From Poseidonia sp. (GTDB taxonomy: Archaea; Thermoplasmatota; Poseidoniia; Poseidoniales; Poseidoniaceae), in NCBI GenBank assembly GCA_965661285.1, contig CBFIDD010000006.1:32001-96000 (forward strand): 64,000 bases of DNA, read 5' to 3'. Each line of letters starts with the position of its first letter. Within the stretch, counting starts at the first letter, position 1. The notes under the pieces were generated by a model. That model worked only from the letters and a program-made list of their open reading frames with translations, did no database searches and was not told the DNA's origin. A program made the position numbers and the translations under genes. Positions 45,274-55,636 of the stretch are shown here, piece by piece.

Positions 45274-46575
45274 TCAATCAAACTGAGCCAATGAGGATTG
45301 TGAGGGTTTGATCCACTCACGAACGTTGCGCTCCATGTCATCACGAACCGCTTCTGGCACGAAAATCAAACACCGTTCGTGCGGTTGAGAGAGCGAGCGT
45401 ATGAGCGCAGAATGCTCCGACGCGTCGCGACCGTCTTCCAGCACAATCCCGCCATTGTAGGGGAGGTAGCCACGCTTTCGAATGGTGGCTTGTATCAGGT
45501 CAAGGTCGGCATCATAACCTTCTGCCTCGAGTGCGTCTCGGATTCGAGGCATGACGACATCACACATCTCCACCGTGAGATGGTCAATGCGAAGCGATTT
45601 GTGGAAATTTTTCCGAGACAGCAGACGGCTTGCATAGGCCGACAAACGGGAGTCGCCGTGCTGGGCCCAGCCGGGGAGAGCGACCTTGACGTGAGCGTCG
45701 TTGAGCAACACGTATTCATCAGCAGAGAGGTCCTCGTTCAGCAGCATGTGAGCCAACTCCGGTGAAACCTCGAGTTCCCCGTTCTGAGCCAGAATGCGCG
45801 CCCGCTCGAGCATGTTGACCAGATAGGCCTGCGTGAGCATGTTGACCTTGTGAAAATACACCTGCTGATACATGTGGTAGCGTGTGACGAGGTAGGCTTC
45901 AATGGCAGGAAGACCCCACCGCTTGACGTACATCCGCCCGTCTTCACCCACCCGCAAGGCACGAATAACACGAGCGCTGTCAAATCCGCCGATTTGTGCG
46001 CCGGTGTTGGCTTGGTCTCGAATCATGTAGTCCATGCGGTCAACGTCCAGTTGACTGCTGACAATTTCCTTCATGAAACGAGGAATCGGCACACCGTCGT
46101 GAACATCATGCCCGTCCATGAGCGCAAACAGACGCCCGAGGCGCTTCTCGCCGAGGGTTTCTCGGACCGCTTGACCGATGGCGGTGGTTGGCGATTCGAG
46201 GATGTCTCGCCCCCACGCTTCGTGGGAGCGAAAGGTGGCGTACACCCGAGGCGTTTCCAGCAGATGCGAGTAAGGCGGATGTCCGATGTCGTGGAGAAGC
46301 GCTGCCAATTGAACGAGTTCTTCGTCCTCCTTTGACAAGAGACCCGGATGAACCTCTTGGAGGTGTGCGGCCAGGCGGCCGGCCAGATGGTAAGCGCCCA
46401 GCGAATGTGCGAAGCGATTGTGGGTTGCGGCCGGGAAAACATACTCGCAGGTCGACAATTGTTGAATGGCTCGGAGGCGTTGAAATTCAGGCGTATCGAT
46501 GATGGCTGCATGTGAGGCAGGCACCAAAATGTCCCGGTGGATTTCGTCGCGAATCACGCGGTCCCTGCCGTTCAT
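45274..46575 (-). CDS. HD-domain phosphohydrolase (SAMHD1/YwfO-like, dNTPase-related)
   Basis: IRDEIH, IDTPEFQRLRAIQQL, ATHNRFAHSLG, AALLHDIGHPPYSH, LDVDRMDY..RD, RYHMYQQVYFHK. Confidence 0.92.
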   Translation of the reverse strand: MNGRDRVIRDEIHRDILVPASHAAIIDTPEFQRLRAIQQLSTCEYVFPAATHNRFAHSLGAYHLAGRLAAHLQEVHPGLLSKEDEELVQLAALLHDIGHPPYSHLLETPRVYATFRSHEAWGRDILESPTTAIGQAVRETLGEKRLGRLFALMDGHDVHDGVPIPRFMKEIVSSQLDVDRMDYMIRDQANTGAQIGGFDSARVIRALRVGEDGRMYVKRWGLPAIEAYLVTRYHMYQQVYFHKVNMLTQAYLVNMLERARILAQNGELEVSPELAHMLLNEDLSADEYVLLNDAHVKVALPGWAQHGDSRLSAYASRLLSRKNFHKSLRIDHLTVEMCDVVMPRIRDALEAEGYDADLDLIQATIRKRGYLPYNGGIVLEDGRDASEHSALIRSLSQPHERCLIFVPEAVRDDMERNVREWIKPSQSSLAQFD

Positions 46576-46599
46576 ATTGCCTTGGGGGCACCTTGTTTC

Positions 46600-46605
46600 T
46601 TTATA
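46600..46605 (-). promoter_or_regulatory. Putative TATA box of the HD gene, in a 98-bp divergent intergenic region
   Basis: TATAAA on the minus strand, 25 bp upstream of ATG 46575, consistent with a near-leaderless transcript. Confidence 0.5.
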
Positions 46606-46673
46606 GCCCTTCGCGGATAAATGGGACATCCCGCGTGAACAACGCATAAGCGTGAAGGAGACCAGCGGCAACC

Positions 46674-48425
46674 ATGGCCGACGCCGTGAAGGGCTTGATG
46701 GACAAAATCACCAACGACGACCCCGAAACTCGGGGGCAGCAGTTGTGGGTGATGTTTGCGCTCGCCATGTTTCTGGTCGCCACCCTCAACTGGTACGCCT
46801 ATGTGCGAGAACCCGAAGTCATCGACGTCGGCCAGTTGCTCGAATACAAAAACGAGGTTGTCAAGGTTGAAGGCACGCTGATTTCGTGGGTCGAAGACCC
46901 TTACGCCTCGGGCGACGACCGTATTGACGCGATTATCGATGACGGCACCGGCGTGGTGGAATCTCGTTGGTACCGACCCGGTGCGATGCCACCCATCGGC
47001 ACGACCGTGACAGTGATGGGTGATGTGATCGAGTACGATGGACGCATCTGGATACAATCACTGGGCGCAGGGGCGATGGAATGGAAAGCCTCCGACCTGC
47101 CTGAAGTTGAAACCCTCGCCATCGCCGATGTGGCTCAAGACCCTGCTGCCTATGCAGGCGAGACGATTCGGTTGACCGGTTTTATCAGTAAATCCATCAC
47201 GCCCGACGCCACCTTTACCTCTGCCTACCTTGGCGACCATCCAAATTACGGAAACTCAGAGCACCAAATGCACCTCATCATCCGTTCGGCTATCGGTGAC
47301 TGGGTGGAAGCCACTTCCAAAGTCGAAGTTCAAGGCATTCTGACCTACCAGCAACGCGACCTGCGATGGAGTCTGCAAGTTCAAGGACCTGAAATTCTCG
47401 TTGACCGGAACCACGTTGTCAATGTGCCACAACTCGACTGGAATGCACAGGCCACCTGGAGCTATCAATCCGGTCAGACGGTCACGATGACCGGCGTCTT
47501 GACCACGACATCAGAGAACTGGGCGCTTTACGGGCCGACAGGAACGTCCATCTGTGTGCTGCCAACCGAAGCCGACCGTCAAGCCGACGCCTCCACCTCC
47601 ATGCACAACACGCTCCAAACGGTTGAGGGGCGGCTCTTGTGGTCGGAAACCGAGTCGGGTTGGTGCATTGACGCCAACGAAGGCTCATCGCCCTCGCTGG
47701 TCAACCCTGAAACGCCCATCAGTCTGCTGGCCATGCTCTCTGCCGACCCCGTTGGCATGGTGGCTGACCCTGACGCCACCTACACCCTCTCGGCCTACGT
47801 CAAGTACGCCGTGGAACCTGGAGTTGAGAACGAAGAGGCCTACTTCGTGGATTCCGCTGCTTATTCACCGGGATGGACCACCGTGGCGGTCACCGTCCCG
47901 GGACCGCGCAGCACCTGGCTTGAATCGGGCCAAAACATCATCGCAAACGTCTCGGTTGGTTGGGACGATGAAGACATGCGAATCCGACTGACGGTTCACG
48001 ACTACACGTCGGGCGTCGTCCCCTCGGCGAGAACCTTGTTGTGGGACGATGGCGCAACGCAGTGGAGTTATGCACGGGATCAGAACGTTCTCTTGAACGG
48101 AAAGGCGGAACGTGTTGACGACCAGTGGCGGCTCGTTCGGGACGGTTCAAACGAATCCGTGGTCTTGAATCTCCAAGGTCAAGCCATTGGAGTGGACGAG
48201 TACCATTCCAACCAATCCATGACGTGGACAGGGCGCTTGCGTCAGGTGCAAAGCGATGACGGCATGAGTCTTGTTTACACCCTGGACCAGGCCGATGTGC
48301 TCGACAGCGATGGCGACGGCTTGGGCGACACGCTGGAGGACATCATCGGAACTTCCTCCACCTCTGAAGACACCGACGACGACGGTGTTTCTGACCGTGA
48401 AGAACATGTCAACGGAGAAGCATGA
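46674..48425 (+). CDS. Membrane-anchored protein with tandem OB-fold-like domains and C-terminal DxDGDG motifs
   Basis: N-terminal TM. The first module VKVEG..IIDDGTG..IGTTVTVMGDVIEYDG is a classic OB fold. Similar openings recur (YAGETIRLTG, YQSGQTVTMTG, DQNVLLNG). Ends with DSDGDGLGD and DTDDDGVSD. Confidence 0.72.
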   Translation: MADAVKGLMDKITNDDPETRGQQLWVMFALAMFLVATLNWYAYVREPEVIDVGQLLEYKNEVVKVEGTLISWVEDPYASGDDRIDAIIDDGTGVVESRWYRPGAMPPIGTTVTVMGDVIEYDGRIWIQSLGAGAMEWKASDLPEVETLAIADVAQDPAAYAGETIRLTGFISKSITPDATFTSAYLGDHPNYGNSEHQMHLIIRSAIGDWVEATSKVEVQGILTYQQRDLRWSLQVQGPEILVDRNHVVNVPQLDWNAQATWSYQSGQTVTMTGVLTTTSENWALYGPTGTSICVLPTEADRQADASTSMHNTLQTVEGRLLWSETESGWCIDANEGSSPSLVNPETPISLLAMLSADPVGMVADPDATYTLSAYVKYAVEPGVENEEAYFVDSAAYSPGWTTVAVTVPGPRSTWLESGQNIIANVSVGWDDEDMRIRLTVHDYTSGVVPSARTLLWDDGATQWSYARDQNVLLNGKAERVDDQWRLVRDGSNESVVLNLQGQAIGVDEYHSNQSMTWTGRLRQVQSDDGMSLVYTLDQADVLDSDGDGLGDTLEDIIGTSSTSEDTDDDGVSDREEHVNGEA

Positions 48426-48434
48426 GGCGATAGC

Positions 48435-49937
48435 GTGCTTGAAGGGTATTTTTTGGACTTGGCGTGGCTCCTTGGCGCCTTGTTTTTCGGGGTCATGCTC
48501 GGTTCACTCACCGGCCTTATCCCCGGTTTCCACGTAAACAACGTGGCGCTCATTCTTCTCGCTCTTTCACCCGCTCTGCTCGATTTGGGCATCCCGCTTG
48601 CATCGGTTGCGGCCATCATCGTCTCGACGGGCACCGTCCATACCTTCCTGAATTACATCCCGTCCGCCCTTATCGGCGCACCCGACGGTGACACTGCGTT
48701 ATCGCTCCTGCCCGGACATCGCATGCTGCTCTCGGGCAACGCCGCACGAGGGGTTGCTTGGTCTGCTCGGGGCTCGCAACTCGGTCTGTTTCTTTCGTTG
48801 CCGTTGATCGTGTTGGCACGTATCGCCTTTGGACCCGAACTCGGTTGGTACGACAACCTACGCTCGGTTCTCCCGTTTGTTCTCCTCACCATTTCCTTTC
48901 TCTTGCTTGCCACGGAAACCACCCGCCTTGACTGGCCGAAATGGCTCCAGAAGATGACGGGCAACAAACTCGGCCGTGATTCACGCTTTGCAGGATTCCT
49001 GGCTGCAACAGCCTTCTTTTTGCTGGCCGGACTCTACGGATGGGGCGTGTTCACCCTCCCGGCTCGTTCCCCCATCGGGATGCCCGACGCCAGCCTGCTG
49101 CTACCGAGCCTCGCCGGCTTGTTTGGTATCGCCAACCTCTTGGACATCTACGCCACAACTTCGCATCTTCCTCCTCAGCGAGAAAACTGGGCTTTGCCAC
49201 CGGCCCGCCCCCTTGTGGTGCCGTGCTTTTGGTCGAGCGTCGCAGGAGCCTCAATGGGTGTCCTGCCCGGCATGACGGCATCCCAAGCAACCGTACTGGT
49301 GATGGGTGGTCGGAACCTCGCTGCAAAAGCACAAGGAAAGCAGGGGTATGGCATGGATTGGGAAACTCGGCGCCTGACTGAGTTAAGCGATGATGAATTG
49401 CTTGAAATCGCCAAGGCGGAAGCCGAGGAAGGCGTCGAAGGTCCACAGACGAAGCAAGATTTGGAAGTGATTGCTCTCCTCTCAGCGACCAACACAGCGG
49501 TTACGGTCATGGTTCTGGGCTTCCTGTACATCATCAGCCGCTCTCGTTCCGGCGCTACGCTGGCCCTGAAGATGATGTATCCCATCGAGACATGGTCCTC
49601 ACTCGAACCCACCTCTGACTTCATTCGGTTGTTGGCGGTCACCCTCGCTGCAGGACTGCTGGCGATGCCCATGATGCGCTACGTGGGCAGCGGTATGTTG
49701 CGCCTTCATGCCGCCATTCCTCTGCAGCAAATGGTGATGGGCGTGATTCTCTTTGTCGTCGCGCTCGTCTGGCTCTCAACCGGCTTCGTCGGCATCGGCG
49801 TTCTCATCGTCGGCACCATCATTGGCCTGCTGCCACCTCGCATCGGCATACGCCGGTCCCACGGGATGGGCATCATCCTCGTACCCATCATGATCTACAC
49901 CTTTGCGCAGAAATTCGACAGCTTTGGATTCATTTGA
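48435..49937 (+). CDS. TctA-family (tripartite tricarboxylate transporter) permease, archaeal stand-alone type
   Basis: GSLTGLIPGFHVN, HTFLNYIPSALIGAPD, LLPGHRMLLSG, GLFG, LPGMTASQA, SRSG, about 12 TM helices. Confidence 0.88.
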   Translation: MLEGYFLDLAWLLGALFFGVMLGSLTGLIPGFHVNNVALILLALSPALLDLGIPLASVAAIIVSTGTVHTFLNYIPSALIGAPDGDTALSLLPGHRMLLSGNAARGVAWSARGSQLGLFLSLPLIVLARIAFGPELGWYDNLRSVLPFVLLTISFLLLATETTRLDWPKWLQKMTGNKLGRDSRFAGFLAATAFFLLAGLYGWGVFTLPARSPIGMPDASLLLPSLAGLFGIANLLDIYATTSHLPPQRENWALPPARPLVVPCFWSSVAGASMGVLPGMTASQATVLVMGGRNLAAKAQGKQGYGMDWETRRLTELSDDELLEIAKAEAEEGVEGPQTKQDLEVIALLSATNTAVTVMVLGFLYIISRSRSGATLALKMMYPIETWSSLEPTSDFIRLLAVTLAAGLLAMPMMRYVGSGMLRLHAAIPLQQMVMGVILFVVALVWLSTGFVGIGVLIVGTIIGLLPPRIGIRRSHGMGIILVPIMIYTFAQKFDSFGFI

Positions 49938-49955
49938 AATTTGGACGTGAACGAC

Positions 49956-52900
49956 ATGAAGAAAACCCTGACCGCCACCAGCCTATTGCTCGTATTCCTC
50001 TTCTCCCTGACCTCGCCGCTGGCCAACGTACTCCACGACCACCAAGAGGCGAGCGATACCTCTGCCCGCTCCACAGCGTGCACGGGCTATGTTTGCATCA
50101 ACGAAGTCATTCCAAACCCAAACGGTCGCGACGATGGAACCTACCCGGACGGCGAGTGGTTTGAACTCTACAACAGCGGCCCGGTCGACGTTGATTTGAC
50201 GGGATGGAAAGTGACCACCAGCGCCCAAAAATCACTGGATTTTGATTCAGCTACCATCGTGGGCTACCAAGCTGGCAACAGTTCCACCTGGACCATCAGT
50301 CCCGGTGAATACGTGGTGATTGCTCGAAACGGAGACAGCAACTTCTACATGACGAACACGGGGTTGAGTATGACCTTGGTGGACGGCAGCAACAACAACC
50401 TCCACCAAGCGACATGGGGACAGGTCTTGTCGGGAAAAAGCTACGAACAAGACCCCAGCAGTGCCACGGCCAACTGGATTCAAACCAACAACCCAACCCC
50501 CGGTCAAATCAACACCGCAGCAGCGACCAACAACCTGATTCCCGGCGACCTCATCATTACCGAAGTGATGGCCAATTCATGGCCGTCCTACGATAACGAA
50601 TCGTGGCCCGGTGGCGAGTGGGTTGAAATCCTCAACACCGGGTCGAGCGATATTGACCTGACGGGGTATAGCATTGAGGATGCGGCAGGAAACGTCCTCC
50701 CGTTCAACGCCTCGCATTTGGTCAACGCCTCTCAAACCATGCTCATCGCACCCGGAGAACACCGCGCGGTCGCCGTTAACGCCACCAGCGGATACGGCGT
50801 GCTCAACAACGGTGTGGAGAGCCTCACCCTCAAGTGGCCCAATGGCAGTCGCTCGCAAGAGATTTCATGGTCGTCGACCGTGCAGGGCTTTTCCCTCATC
50901 GTATCCACCCAGTCCAGCGCTCCGTGGACGTATGCGCCCTACCCGACACCCGAAGGGATGAATCCACTGCCGCTCGAATTGATGCCGCGCCAGGTCGGCG
51001 ACATTCAGATGACCGAGATACTCCCCAACGCCACCAACGACGGGGCCACCTTCCCCGACGGCGAGTGGATCGAACTCCACAACACCGGAAGCGGTACCGT
51101 TGACCTCATGGGATGGAGCATCATGGACGGCATGGGCAACTTGACCTTCCTCGACCCCGGCACCCTCGTGTTCAACACCACGCAAGGTTCGACCACCATC
51201 GATGCCGATGGCCGTCGGTTGGTGCAGTTCACCAGCCACACCGAGTTGTGGGACAATTACAACCACATCTTCCTTCGAGACGTGACCGAACAGGTTGTGG
51301 ATACCGCCGCCTACACCACGGATTACGGCGAAGACATGGCCCTGATTCGCACAAACAACCCAGCCGACCCGTGGACGCCTGCTGCATGGAAGACGCCGGG
51401 TCAGCCCGAGCCAGGCACCATGCCATCCTCCACCACCGTACGCTTCTCTGAAATCCTGCCCGATGCTGTGGGCTCAGACAGTCAGACATGGCCGAACGGC
51501 GAATGGATTGAGGTGTACAACTACGGCGCCACCGACGTCGATTTGGCGGGCTGGAAGCTCCAAGCCGCCTCCCGTTCATTGACCCTCCACGAATTCAACA
51601 TGCCGTTGCAGGAAACCACCAACCTACGTGCAGGCGAAGTGGCCCTCATCGCCTTGAACGGAACCAGCAGTTTCTATCTCAAACACACCTCTTCGGATTC
51701 CATCGGTTTGGTTGACGCCTCCGGTTCAACCGTGGACACCATCGCATGGTCAGACACGGTTGAGGGCGAGTCCCTCGTCGCTCCCAACAGCACGCATGCA
51801 GGCGTTGGCCCCAACGCAAGCTACGCTACTGGCAACTGGTTGTTGTCCGCTTGGGCCACGCCCGGCGAGGTCAATCCTGTTTGGCCCGCCTACACCGGCT
51901 CGACTGAACTCGCCATCACCGAGGTGTTGCCGTACTGTAACGACGATTCCATCGAGCCGACCGAAGACTGGGTCGAGGTTCATAACCAAGGCTCAACACC
52001 ACTGAACATCAGCCGTTGGTCGGTCATGACCGCTGACGGCGACCGACGATTCATGCGAATGGACAGTTTGTGGGCGGAAGAAAACCAAACCGCGAAACTC
52101 GTCCTGCAACCCGACGAGCGGGCCGTCTTTACGATGGAAGAATTCATCCTCACCGGCTTGGGCGATGCCTTCGAACTTCTCCACCCCGACGGCGACATTG
52201 TCGACAGCGCTGCATGGGTCGTCATCACCGATTGTCAAACCCTGATGCCGGGCGATCAAACGAGCGATGATTGGCAACACACCCTCTGGCCCACGCCAGG
52301 CCAAGCCGAGCCCGACCCCTCAAGTTTCGCCACGAAGGATGACGTCCGGTTCACGCGGCTCATGCCGTCCGGTTCGACCGACATCTCAAGCGACATGGAA
52401 TTCGTTGAGGTCGCAAATCAGGGCGACAAGCTGGCCGTTCTCAACGGCTGGACGCTGCGCACAACCACCGGTGCCAACAGCATGTACAACGCGACCATCA
52501 CCGACCTGATGATACAACCCCGCACCTCCGTCCTGCTGGCCAACGATGCGGATGCACTCGGCGTCTACGAAGACGGAAGCGTGGTGGACATTGACAGCGC
52601 CCTTGACCGGACGTTTTACTTCCCCAACTCCGGTGCTGCACTCCAACTTCTTGACAGCAGCGGTGCTGAGGTTGACACACTGGTTTACGGCAACGGGCCC
52701 GTATCGGTCTCGGGATGGAGTGGCATCGCGCTCGTTGAGCCCATTTCCAACCTCGACAACCTGATTTATCTTCGAGGCAGTGGTTGCGGAGAAACACCCG
52801 ACACCAACACGGTACAGGATTGGCACGAGCAGTGGAGCCGCCTGGGCGGCAGCACCTTCTGCTTTGATACGACCATTGCAGCCAACGGCGCCATCACCCC

Positions 52901-54833
52901 GTTGATCGGCCCGGAGAACGGTCTGGTCGACCTGTTGGCATGGATAGATGGGGCCACAACCTCGCTTCACGTTCACATGTACCAACTTCAAGAGGTGCAC
53001 CTGGTCGAAGCCATGATCAGCGCTCAGAACCGTGGCGTGGACGTGAACGTTGTCCTCGACTACGGCGACAACTGGTGGAGTGAATTCGCTCTTGATACGC
53101 AGCGCGGCATGGCGACAAGCCTGCTCGCGGCCGGCGTGGATGTGAAGTGGTTTGGCGATGCGGGTGAAAACCCCTACGCCTACATCCACAGCAAGGTCGG
53201 CGTTCGGGACAACGAAAGTGTGTGGATCGGTTCGGGCAATTGGAAATCGTCCTCGCATCCAGCACCCGGCGAGGCTGGAAATCGCGATTGGGGTGTGCTC
53301 GTTGCGGATGAAGGCTTGGCCACGATGGTGCTCAATCACCTCGTCTTTGATGAAAACGTTGCTCGGACCCACGTCACGCCGGTCCAAGCCTCGGACGCAC
53401 CCAGCGGTTGGAGCATGCCCGCCTCCGGTGCCATCGTGGGCGAGACGGCCACCGCCATCGAAGGCGACTTTGAGGCCAACCTGCTGGTCTGCCCCGACAA
53501 CTGCATCGATGAAATCGTCGATGTTTTGGACGGTGCGGAAACTGAAATTCTACTGTCCCTCCAGTACCTCGATACGGATTGGTCTTGGGGATGGGGAGAC
53601 AACCCCATACTCGAAGCGTTGGAGGATGCTGCTGCGCGAGACGTCCGTCTTCGCTTGATGTTGAACGGCGCCTACCTCGACGAGGACATCCAAAGCGCAG
53701 TGGACCTGTTCAATGAGGAATGGAACTTCACCAAGGGCTACGACACATCTGCCATCGTGATGAGCAGCGACGATACGGTCACGAAGTTGCACAACAAGGG
53801 CATCATCGTCGACGGTGAACACGTGCTCGTCTCTTCCATCAACTGGGGAGATTCAGCACTTGTCCGCAACCGAGAGATGGGGCTGCTCATTTCCAGTCCA
53901 ACCGTGGCGCAGGTCTACATGGATTCGTGGCACGACGATTGGCAACGTGTTGACAACACCACCGACACCGACCAAGACCGGCTTCTCGATGCGTGGGAGG
54001 TGTTACACGGCCTGAACAGAACCCAACGCAGTGTGGTGGGCGAGGCAACGAGCGATGAATCACAGGTGGACATTGACGACGATGGACTCACCAACTTTGC
54101 CGAGCAACTCCACGGCGGCGACCCAAACATGGCCGATACGGATGGCGACTGCATCCCCGACGGTTTGGAAGTCGCATGGGCGCAATCCAGCGCCCTGAAC
54201 AGCGGCGTGGAGACCATCTCGCCGAGCGCCGCCCTCTCCATGTGGGACGCTGACCAAGACGGTCAGAACGATAGCGAGGTGCTCGGTTGTGATTTGGGAG
54301 GTATTGACATCGTGCCAGTCGACAACACCACACCTGAATCGACCGATGACGATGACGATGGCGTTCCCAACGAGGACGACCAGTGCCCCGACACACCAGC
54401 CAATGTAGCGACAGACAGCAGCGGCTGTTCCGCCGACCAGCGAGCTGCCCTCGTGGAAGACAGTTCGGAGAGCACCGGCGGAGACTCTGCACAGTCGTTC
54501 TTCCTCATCCTCATGTTGTTCGCCCTGGCCCTGGCGGGCGGAACGTATGTGGTTCTGCGAGGAAAGCAGAACGAAGCAGCAGAGGTCAAGGACGCCATCA
54601 GTGAAACCGCTTTCGCAGAAGTCTCAACCACGCCGGTGAGCAACGAACACTGGCAGCAACCCGTTCTGGACGGAACGGGAAGCACCGGCGTGACGCCTGA
54701 AATGTTGGCACGTGTTCCCGGTTGGACCGCTGATATGGTTGAACAATACCTCCTCCAAGGTTGGACGATTGACCAGTTGGCCACCTACTATCAGGAACAG
54801 GTGGCCCAGCACGAGAAGCAAGAGCAACATTGA
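49956..54833 (+). CDS. Surface enzyme: six lamin-tail domains + two-HKD phospholipase D/nuclease domain + TSP3-like repeats + C-terminal TM and tail
   Basis: Six [IF].E..P..EW.E..N.G...DL.GW modules (the sixth is degenerate). HKD motifs IHSKVGVRD..IGSGN and LHNKGIIVD..VSSIN. DxDxDG repeats. TM FFLILMLFALALAGGTYVVL. Confidence 0.9.
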   Translation: MKKTLTATSLLLVFLFSLTSPLANVLHDHQEASDTSARSTACTGYVCINEVIPNPNGRDDGTYPDGEWFELYNSGPVDVDLTGWKVTTSAQKSLDFDSATIVGYQAGNSSTWTISPGEYVVIARNGDSNFYMTNTGLSMTLVDGSNNNLHQATWGQVLSGKSYEQDPSSATANWIQTNNPTPGQINTAAATNNLIPGDLIITEVMANSWPSYDNESWPGGEWVEILNTGSSDIDLTGYSIEDAAGNVLPFNASHLVNASQTMLIAPGEHRAVAVNATSGYGVLNNGVESLTLKWPNGSRSQEISWSSTVQGFSLIVSTQSSAPWTYAPYPTPEGMNPLPLELMPRQVGDIQMTEILPNATNDGATFPDGEWIELHNTGSGTVDLMGWSIMDGMGNLTFLDPGTLVFNTTQGSTTIDADGRRLVQFTSHTELWDNYNHIFLRDVTEQVVDTAAYTTDYGEDMALIRTNNPADPWTPAAWKTPGQPEPGTMPSSTTVRFSEILPDAVGSDSQTWPNGEWIEVYNYGATDVDLAGWKLQAASRSLTLHEFNMPLQETTNLRAGEVALIALNGTSSFYLKHTSSDSIGLVDASGSTVDTIAWSDTVEGESLVAPNSTHAGVGPNASYATGNWLLSAWATPGEVNPVWPAYTGSTELAITEVLPYCNDDSIEPTEDWVEVHNQGSTPLNISRWSVMTADGDRRFMRMDSLWAEENQTAKLVLQPDERAVFTMEEFILTGLGDAFELLHPDGDIVDSAAWVVITDCQTLMPGDQTSDDWQHTLWPTPGQAEPDPSSFATKDDVRFTRLMPSGSTDISSDMEFVEVANQGDKLAVLNGWTLRTTTGANSMYNATITDLMIQPRTSVLLANDADALGVYEDGSVVDIDSALDRTFYFPNSGAALQLLDSSGAEVDTLVYGNGPVSVSGWSGIALVEPISNLDNLIYLRGSGCGETPDTNTVQDWHEQWSRLGGSTFCFDTTIAANGAITPLIGPENGLVDLLAWIDGATTSLHVHMYQLQEVHLVEAMISAQNRGVDVNVVLDYGDNWWSEFALDTQRGMATSLLAAGVDVKWFGDAGENPYAYIHSKVGVRDNESVWIGSGNWKSSSHPAPGEAGNRDWGVLVADEGLATMVLNHLVFDENVARTHVTPVQASDAPSGWSMPASGAIVGETATAIEGDFEANLLVCPDNCIDEIVDVLDGAETEILLSLQYLDTDWSWGWGDNPILEALEDAAARDVRLRLMLNGAYLDEDIQSAVDLFNEEWNFTKGYDTSAIVMSSDDTVTKLHNKGIIVDGEHVLVSSINWGDSALVRNREMGLLISSPTVAQVYMDSWHDDWQRVDNTTDTDQDRLLDAWEVLHGLNRTQRSVVGEATSDESQVDIDDDGLTNFAEQLHGGDPNMADTDGDCIPDGLEVAWAQSSALNSGVETISPSAALSMWDADQDGQNDSEVLGCDLGGIDIVPVDNTTPESTDDDDDGVPNEDDQCPDTPANVATDSSGCSADQRAALVEDSSESTGGDSAQSFFLILMLFALALAGGTYVVLRGKQNEAAEVKDAISETAFAEVSTTPVSNEHWQQPVLDGTGSTGVTPEMLARVPGWTADMVEQYLLQGWTIDQLATYYQEQVAQHEKQEQH

Positions 54834-54865
54834 AACGGGACCTTGTGCAGAGAAATTCGATACCC

Positions 54866-55630
54866 ATGGAGATTCGAAGCAGTAACCCTGTCCTCAATCA
54901 AACATTCTGGAGCAACCTGACCGGCAACGACCGGATGACCATCGACGGCAGCCTCCGCAAGATCGGCTTCTTGCTTGCCGTTACGGTGGTGAGTGCATTC
55001 GTGTCTGCAGTACTCTGCATGAACGCGATCAACAACGGCAACGGGGGACTCTATATTGGTGGCTTTATGCTCCTTGGCTTTGTTGGAGGCGGCATCATTG
55101 CCCTGGTGGTCTTCATGACCCGCCCCAAAAATCCAGCGGCTCTCATGAGCCTCTATGCCATTTTGGAAGGCATGGCCATTGGCGCCATGTCGTTAATGTT
55201 GGAGCTCACAGCCTACAAGGGCATTGCTCTGCAAGCCGTCTTCGGCACCATGGCCATCACCGCCACGATGTACGTGATGTATGCCTCTCGAATCATCCGA
55301 CCGACCCCAGCGTTCAACAAGGTCGTCGGTGGATTGGTCATCAGTATCTTCTTTCTGTACCTGACCTCGTTTATCCTCCAAATCTTCACAGGGTATGATG
55401 TTCCGTTCCTCCACTCCTCAGGGCCGATTGGCATTGGACTGACCGCCTTCATTTTGGTTGTTGCCGCGCTCACCCTCATCAGCGATTTTGGCTTCATCGA
55501 ATCTGGCTCACGCTACGGTGCCCCGAAGAACATGGAATGGTATGCTGCTTTTGGGATCTTGATTTCTTTGATTTGGATTTACATCGAAACGCTCCGCCTG
55601 CTCGCCAAACTCCAAGCCTTCAGGGAATGA
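54866..55630 (+). CDS. Bax inhibitor-1/YccA-like membrane protein
   Basis: RSSNPVL, MTIDG, YAILEG, QAVFGT, SDFGFIE, GAPKNMEWYAAFGILISLIWIYIETLRLL. Confidence 0.88.
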   Translation: MEIRSSNPVLNQTFWSNLTGNDRMTIDGSLRKIGFLLAVTVVSAFVSAVLCMNAINNGNGGLYIGGFMLLGFVGGGIIALVVFMTRPKNPAALMSLYAILEGMAIGAMSLMLELTAYKGIALQAVFGTMAITATMYVMYASRIIRPTPAFNKVVGGLVISIFFLYLTSFILQIFTGYDVPFLHSSGPIGIGLTAFILVVAALTLISDFGFIESGSRYGAPKNMEWYAAFGILISLIWIYIETLRLLAKLQAFRE

Positions 55631-55636
55631 GGCGTC

